A stretch of 16,524 nt of DNA from Pseudomonadota bacterium (GTDB lineage Bacteria > Bdellovibrionota > FAC87 > UBA2466): positions 1-16,524 of the forward strand of contig JAYUGC010000040.1 of the NCBI GenBank assembly GCA_043767805.1, given 5' to 3'. Below the pieces are notes generated by a model, which worked only from the letters and a program-made list of their open reading frames with translations, made no database searches and was not told where the DNA came from. Both the position numbers and the translations under genes were made by a program. Shown here piece by piece: positions 15,795 to 16,524 of this stretch (its first letter is position 1; each line of letters begins with the position of its first letter).

Positions 15795-16523
15795 CTATTC
15801 CATCACATCGTCGACGAAGTCGCCGAAGCCGAGAGATAGCGTCTCGAAATCCCATTTGGGATTGTAGTAACGGCTCAGACCTTTCGGATAGAGCGTCTGT
15901 AGCACTTTGCTCTGGGCGTACCATTTCCAGATGGCCGGGCCCCAGTTCCAGTGTTTCGGATCGTTCCAGTCGTTGTTCTTCCAGCCGTCGACGCCATAGT
16001 TATGTGGGCCGCCGCTGACCAGACTGACCAGCAGCTTGTCCTTCAGGCGCAAAATCATGCCGCCCGAGTTGCCGTTGATGAGACTGATGTTGTTTAGGAT
16101 CTTGCCGTCCTCGGCGCCGTCTGTTTTTCCGTAACCCCAGGACAGCACGAGCTTTCCGCCGCTGATGTCGGACGGGAAGCCGAGCGAATAAACGGCATCG
16201 GCGGTGTTGTTGTCGCCAACGCGGACTTCGCTGCGGCTGGTCTGGACGTGTTGAATGAGCTTGATGCCCTTAGGGTAGGGCTGTTGTTCCCAGACGACCT
16301 CGAAGATCCAGAGATCGAATCCTTTTTGCGATCCGACTTCCAGGGTCTTGCCGACTTTTCCGTCGGCCGGAAGATCCTCTTTAAGTGCCACGGCGGAGCG
16401 GATTTCATTTCCCGCCGCCTGACAGTGAGCCGCGCTCATACCAATATTCGGTCCGAGCAAAAAGCCCGCGCACCCAGAGCCGATGGCGATGGCCTGAGCG
16501 GTCTCGCTGGAATTGGCGATCCG
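15795..16523 (-). CDS. Trypsin-like (S1/PA clan) serine protease, 5'-truncated by the window edge
   Basis: The frame is open to the window end (RIANSSETAQAIAIGSGCAGFLLGPNIGMSAAHC). The catalytic triad is visible as AAHC (His), GFDLWIF (Asp) and GNSGG (Ser), with YSLGFP also present. Confidence 0.85.
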   Translation of the reverse strand, partial: RIANSSETAQAIAIGSGCAGFLLGPNIGMSAAHCQAAGNEIRSAVALKEDLPADGKVGKTLEVGSQKGFDLWIFEVVWEQQPYPKGIKLIQHVQTSRSEVRVGDNNTADAVYSLGFPSDISGGKLVLSWGYGKTDGAEDGKILNNISLINGNSGGMILRLKDKLLVSLVSGGPHNYGVDGWKNNDWNDPKHWNWGPAIWKWYAQSKVLQTLYPKGLSRYYNPKWDFETLSLGFGDFVDDVME

Positions 16524-16524
16524 G

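Overview
GC-rich bacterial chromosomal DNA. The gene content suggests a Bdellovibrionota or other deltaproteobacterial-type lineage, which is an inference. From left to right: a conserved-looking hypothetical gene that is probably cut by the left edge, and a cardiolipin synthase (-). Divergent from it is a seven-gene + strand operon in which every gene overlaps the next, preceded by a near-consensus sigma-54 promoter. It encodes a Flp pilin, two TadE/minor-pilin-like proteins, a Cys-containing membrane protein, CpaB/RcpC, a 397-aa exported TPR/PEGA-like protein with a C-terminal anchor, and a 96-aa membrane protein. No secretin, TadA, TadB/C or prepilin peptidase is present in the window. Two back-to-back palindromes follow, then a - strand block read as clpB, degP-like, mtnP, pfkB-family kinase and a FYDLN_acid zinc-ribbon gene. 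The window ends with a heterodimeric MdlAB/TmrAB-type ABC exporter (+), an intrinsic terminator and a trypsin-like serine protease (-) cut by the right edge. I saw no RNA genes, mobile elements or CRISPR arrays. The most interesting element is the partial Tad/Flp module with an uncharacterised protein where the secretin gene usually sits.
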